This document shows, in pieces, positions 60,667 through 64,000 of a DNA stretch of 64,000 bases. A model generated the notes under the pieces. That model ran no database searches. It saw only the letters and a program-made list of their open reading frames with translations, and was not told the origin of the DNA. Every line of letters begins with the position of its first letter. The stretch's first letter is position 1. Position numbers and translations under genes: made by a program. This stretch comes from Octopus bimaculoides (lineage: Eukaryota): the NCBI RefSeq assembly GCF_001194135.2, contig NC_068991.1:50649294-50713293 (forward strand), in the 5' to 3' direction.

Positions 60667-60857
60667 TTAACATATCTTTTATGTGTCAGTATTGGGTGAA
60701 CAGGTCTGCCTGCCATATAGCTTTGTTGTATTATTTGTCTTTTGTATCATATTACCTTTCAGTATTTTTAGGTCTGGCTTTGATTTTTCTTCTTCCTTAT
60801 ATTTGTCTACCATGGATATTAAACTGCAGTAAAGCATCTCTTTCCATTTTTTTAAAA

Positions 60858-61068
60858 CCCTTTCGTTACTGTATTTATTTTGAGATGCTCTGTGTTTCTT
60901 TTAATTATTTTAAATATAACAAAGAATTTAGTAAAATAACTTAGTTATCATTTAGCTAATGTTAGGAACCTAAATTTTGACTAAAGTTTGGTGGAAGATT
61001 TTAATTCAAAACTTATGAAAACTAGACATTTGTACTACAGAGCCAGAGCCGGGTTAGTAATGAAAGGG
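60858..61068. mobile_element. piggyBac-like MITE (second family)
   Basis: CCCTTTC ... GAAAGGG; body matches 42960-43643. Confidence 0.7.
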
Positions 61069-62526
61069 TTCATGAGTTCTTACTCTGATGAGTGAGGGCA
61101 GCAGCTATGAGTGAAGGCTGTAATGGTGAGAGGAAGTTTACTTGAAACCAAAAGCCTGATGCTAATTCTTGCAACAGAGTTAACTTATTTAAGACACCAT
61201 GAATGCAGATGGTGAAGTTAAACTGAGAGATGGATGAAGTCTACAACTTCACATTACATGTTGAAACCAATGTAATAATAATAATAATAATGCTTTACAT
61301 ATATCTGCTGCTACCTATGTCTTTACTTTCCAATCCCATTTGTTATAACATTCTATACCCAATGACTCAAAATCTGTTATTCCTGTGAAACCAAATCTTT
61401 CTCAGTTCAATCCTTTTGCTTCATTTTTGGACGAACTGTACTCAAAGCATTATGAAACTCATGAGGAAACTCCTATTTGGTTGCAACCTGCTATAAAAAG
61501 CTAAATTTCTTTCAAATTGTTCTCTGTCATCTAAGGATACTTTAGATAATGTAGTCCTAAACATATTGTACGTGAAAAAAAAAACAAAACAAAATCTCAG
61601 ATAGTCAAGACTGTAACATCTTTGATCATGTTCAATCCGGGCTCATCCACAGCTAAGTAACAATTTTAATGTCTCTGCTATTTATTTCCCCTGGTTATGT
61701 TGGTTCGTCTTATAGTTTTAATATGACTTCAGCAGTTATCTCCTCCTGCTGTTAAATCTCTAAGCCAAAGGAAATTTTTGTTTCAGTGCCTTAAAATTGC
61801 AAATACAGGAAACTTAGCAATCACTTTTTCTTGAGATTTATTTTGTAAAAATTTTTGTTTTTAATTCATTGCCTAGTAGAAAGTGGAAACTTCAATGAAT
61901 CTGCTAGTTAAGTAAAGAATCTGCATATGCAAATTTTGCAGTAGGAAATTTAAGACAAAGATGAGAAAAGTTATGCAACTATCATTGTAGGTTTGGGACC
62001 TGTCCTTTCAATGATAGAAGCCTTGATGCTGCAAGATAACTTAAAGTTTATTTTCTAAAGCTAATGTTTGAATGAAGTATATCTAGTATATATTTATGAC
62101 TTACTTGGTTCATAACTCCCACAGTAAAGCTTGTAAAAAAAACGGTACATGAATTATATTTCCAGAAACTGGTAGAGATTTCAGCTGACATCTTAGAACA
62201 AAGGAGTTTGTTTGACACCATTACAAGCTGCTTGGCAGGATTATAACAGATTCACAATGGTAGAAAATACAAGTTTTTGACTTGTGCTTGTTTAGAAAGT
62301 CACTTGATCTAAGACTGGAAGCAGTTACTCTCTATCATGGAAGAACCATTTTATATATTGAAATGGAACTGTGTCTGTGCCATGGAAACTTTGACATCTT
62401 ATGAAATGTATTTTTAAAGGGAATTTAAACACTCTGTGAGATATTAGATGGTTGTTCCACAATGTAGTTGCTATGATATCTAAGTGTTTCCCTAAATAGT
62501 TCAACAAATATTACATACATATCAGA

Positions 62527-62704
62527 GGGATGACCAGATGACCACTAAGCGGACATCCATTATGCTAGAAGAAGACCACCTATGGTCTGACCATCTTTTC
62601 ATTTGCCTTGCTCGCTTACGTTCTGGCGTTTGCTGAATTTTCTTGAGAACAATCTTTTCTTAGTGCTCTTCTAGCATAATGGATGTCCACTTTGTGGTCA
62701 TCCC
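62527..62704. mobile_element. Small MITE with about 40-bp TIRs
   Basis: GGGATGACCA...GGACATCCATTATGCTAGAAGA and its reverse complement. Confidence 0.75.
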
Positions 62705-63599
62705 ACTTATATGTATGTAATATAATTTTTCTGAATCTTCAAATTTTTCAATATGCTTGACCACTGGTTTTAAATTGATATTAATCAAATTTATATTCAA
62801 TTTTTCACCCTTATTATTTAAATAGTTCAACAAGTAGATAGAATCTTTTTATATCCTTCCATGCTAGAATGTTACTGTTGGTCACATTAATTCCTCACTT
62901 GTCTCCCCTTGTTATTTCTAATTAACTTAAAGGCGATACTGCCTTAATTATTAGATTTATAACTCTGTTTCCAATGGCTCTTGTAAGAATCTCATGTCTT
63001 CTGAATCACCATCATTATTTTAATCTCCATTTTTCCATTCTTGCATGAGTCAAATAGAATTTGTTAAGGCAAAATTTCTACAGCTGGATGACTTACCTGT
63101 CACTAACTCTCATCTGTAACTTACCCACATGACCAGACATGTTTTTATGGAAGACTGGAAATGAAGGACACCACTTGCATGATGGTGATATTTGTTTGCA
63201 AGCATCATGTGATATCAAAGGAAGGAGATAATAAATAACACACACATTCACATATACAACAGGCTTCTTTCAGTTTCCACCACCAAATTCACTCACAGGG
63301 CATTGATTGACCTGGGGCTGTTGTAGAAGACACTTGCCCAAGGTGGCACACTGTGGGATTGAACCTAAAACCATATGGTTAGGAAGTAAACTTCTGACCA
63401 CTTCTTACCCAACTGGAAAGAATGGTGTTTTCCTTAAAGTCCTCTGTGATATCTAATAATATATTTTTGCAGCTCTGCCTGTCTTTATTAAGGACAATTG
63501 ACACTGACTAAAATCATTAAGGTAACTGTTGTATAGTTATGCCTACATTGTCAATGGCTATCAAATAATACTGGCTTTGTTACAGTTCCTTTGTTTATA

Positions 63600-63800
63600 A
63601 CTCTTTTACTTGTTTCAGTCATTTGACTGCGGCCATGCTGCAGCACCGCCTTTAGTCGAGCAAATCGCCCCCCGGACTTATTCTTTGGAAGCCTAGTACT
63701 TATTCTGTCGGTCTCTTTTTGCCAAACCGCTAAGTTACGGGGACGTAAACACACCAGCATCGGTTGTCAAGCGATGTTGGGGGACAGACACACACATACA
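63600..63800 (-). mobile_element. Family B SINE, 3' half
   Basis: CTCTTTTACTTGTTTCAGTCATTTGACTGCGGCC... Confidence 0.9.
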
Positions 63801-63823
63801 TATCTGTTAAAGTCTGTCATACC

Positions 63824-63863
63824 GGCCATGACGAAGGGAAATAGCCCTGAAACTCGAGTCGCC
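63824..63863 (+). ncRNA. Minimal type I hammerhead-like motif with palindromic helix III (Penelope pLTR type)
   Basis: GGC-CATGACGA-AGGG-aaatag-CCCT-GAAA-CTCGAG-TC-GCC; GUC triplet; one extra A in the CUGACGA core. Confidence 0.6.
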
Positions 63864-64000
63864 TTTATATATATATATTTATATTTATATATTTATATAT
63901 TTGATCCTTTATATTGAACACTCAATATTTCATCTACATTCAATACTTTCTTTCATGGTGCCATCCAGTTTTATTTTATTTTATTTTATATTGTATATTG

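Overview
AT-rich, intron-rich animal genomic DNA with several N gaps. The SINE families, (GAT)n-tailed RTE 3' ends and microsatellites point to a coleoid cephalopod, probably Octopus (inference). Three spliced housekeeping genes were reconstructed by hand from splice sites and reading frame. (1) The large first coding exon of mitochondrial protein-only RNase P (PRORP/MRPP3), minus strand, 2010-2968; the rest lies left of the window. (2) A nearly complete ESF1, minus strand, 9935-26882, with one exon partly in a gap and one GC-AG intron. (3) A complete 9-exon GCC1/GCC88 golgin, plus strand, 40131-59976, about 721 aa, with a C-terminal GRIP domain. Most entries in the ORF track are spurious (N gaps, SINEs, microsatellites). 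The rest is SINEs, LINE relics (RTE, CR1/L2-like, R4/Dong), MITEs and a probable solo LTR. The most interesting signal is RNA-structural. A 363-bp element at 57335-57697 combines a Pol III tRNA-like head, a Penelope-type minimal hammerhead ribozyme, an inverted 5' copy of its own 3' end and a 13-bp TSD. A second, different hammerhead-like motif lies at 63824-63863. A tRNA-Thr-like unit duplicated in inverted orientation sits at 41844-42346. Foldback elements carrying telomere hexamers occur three times.
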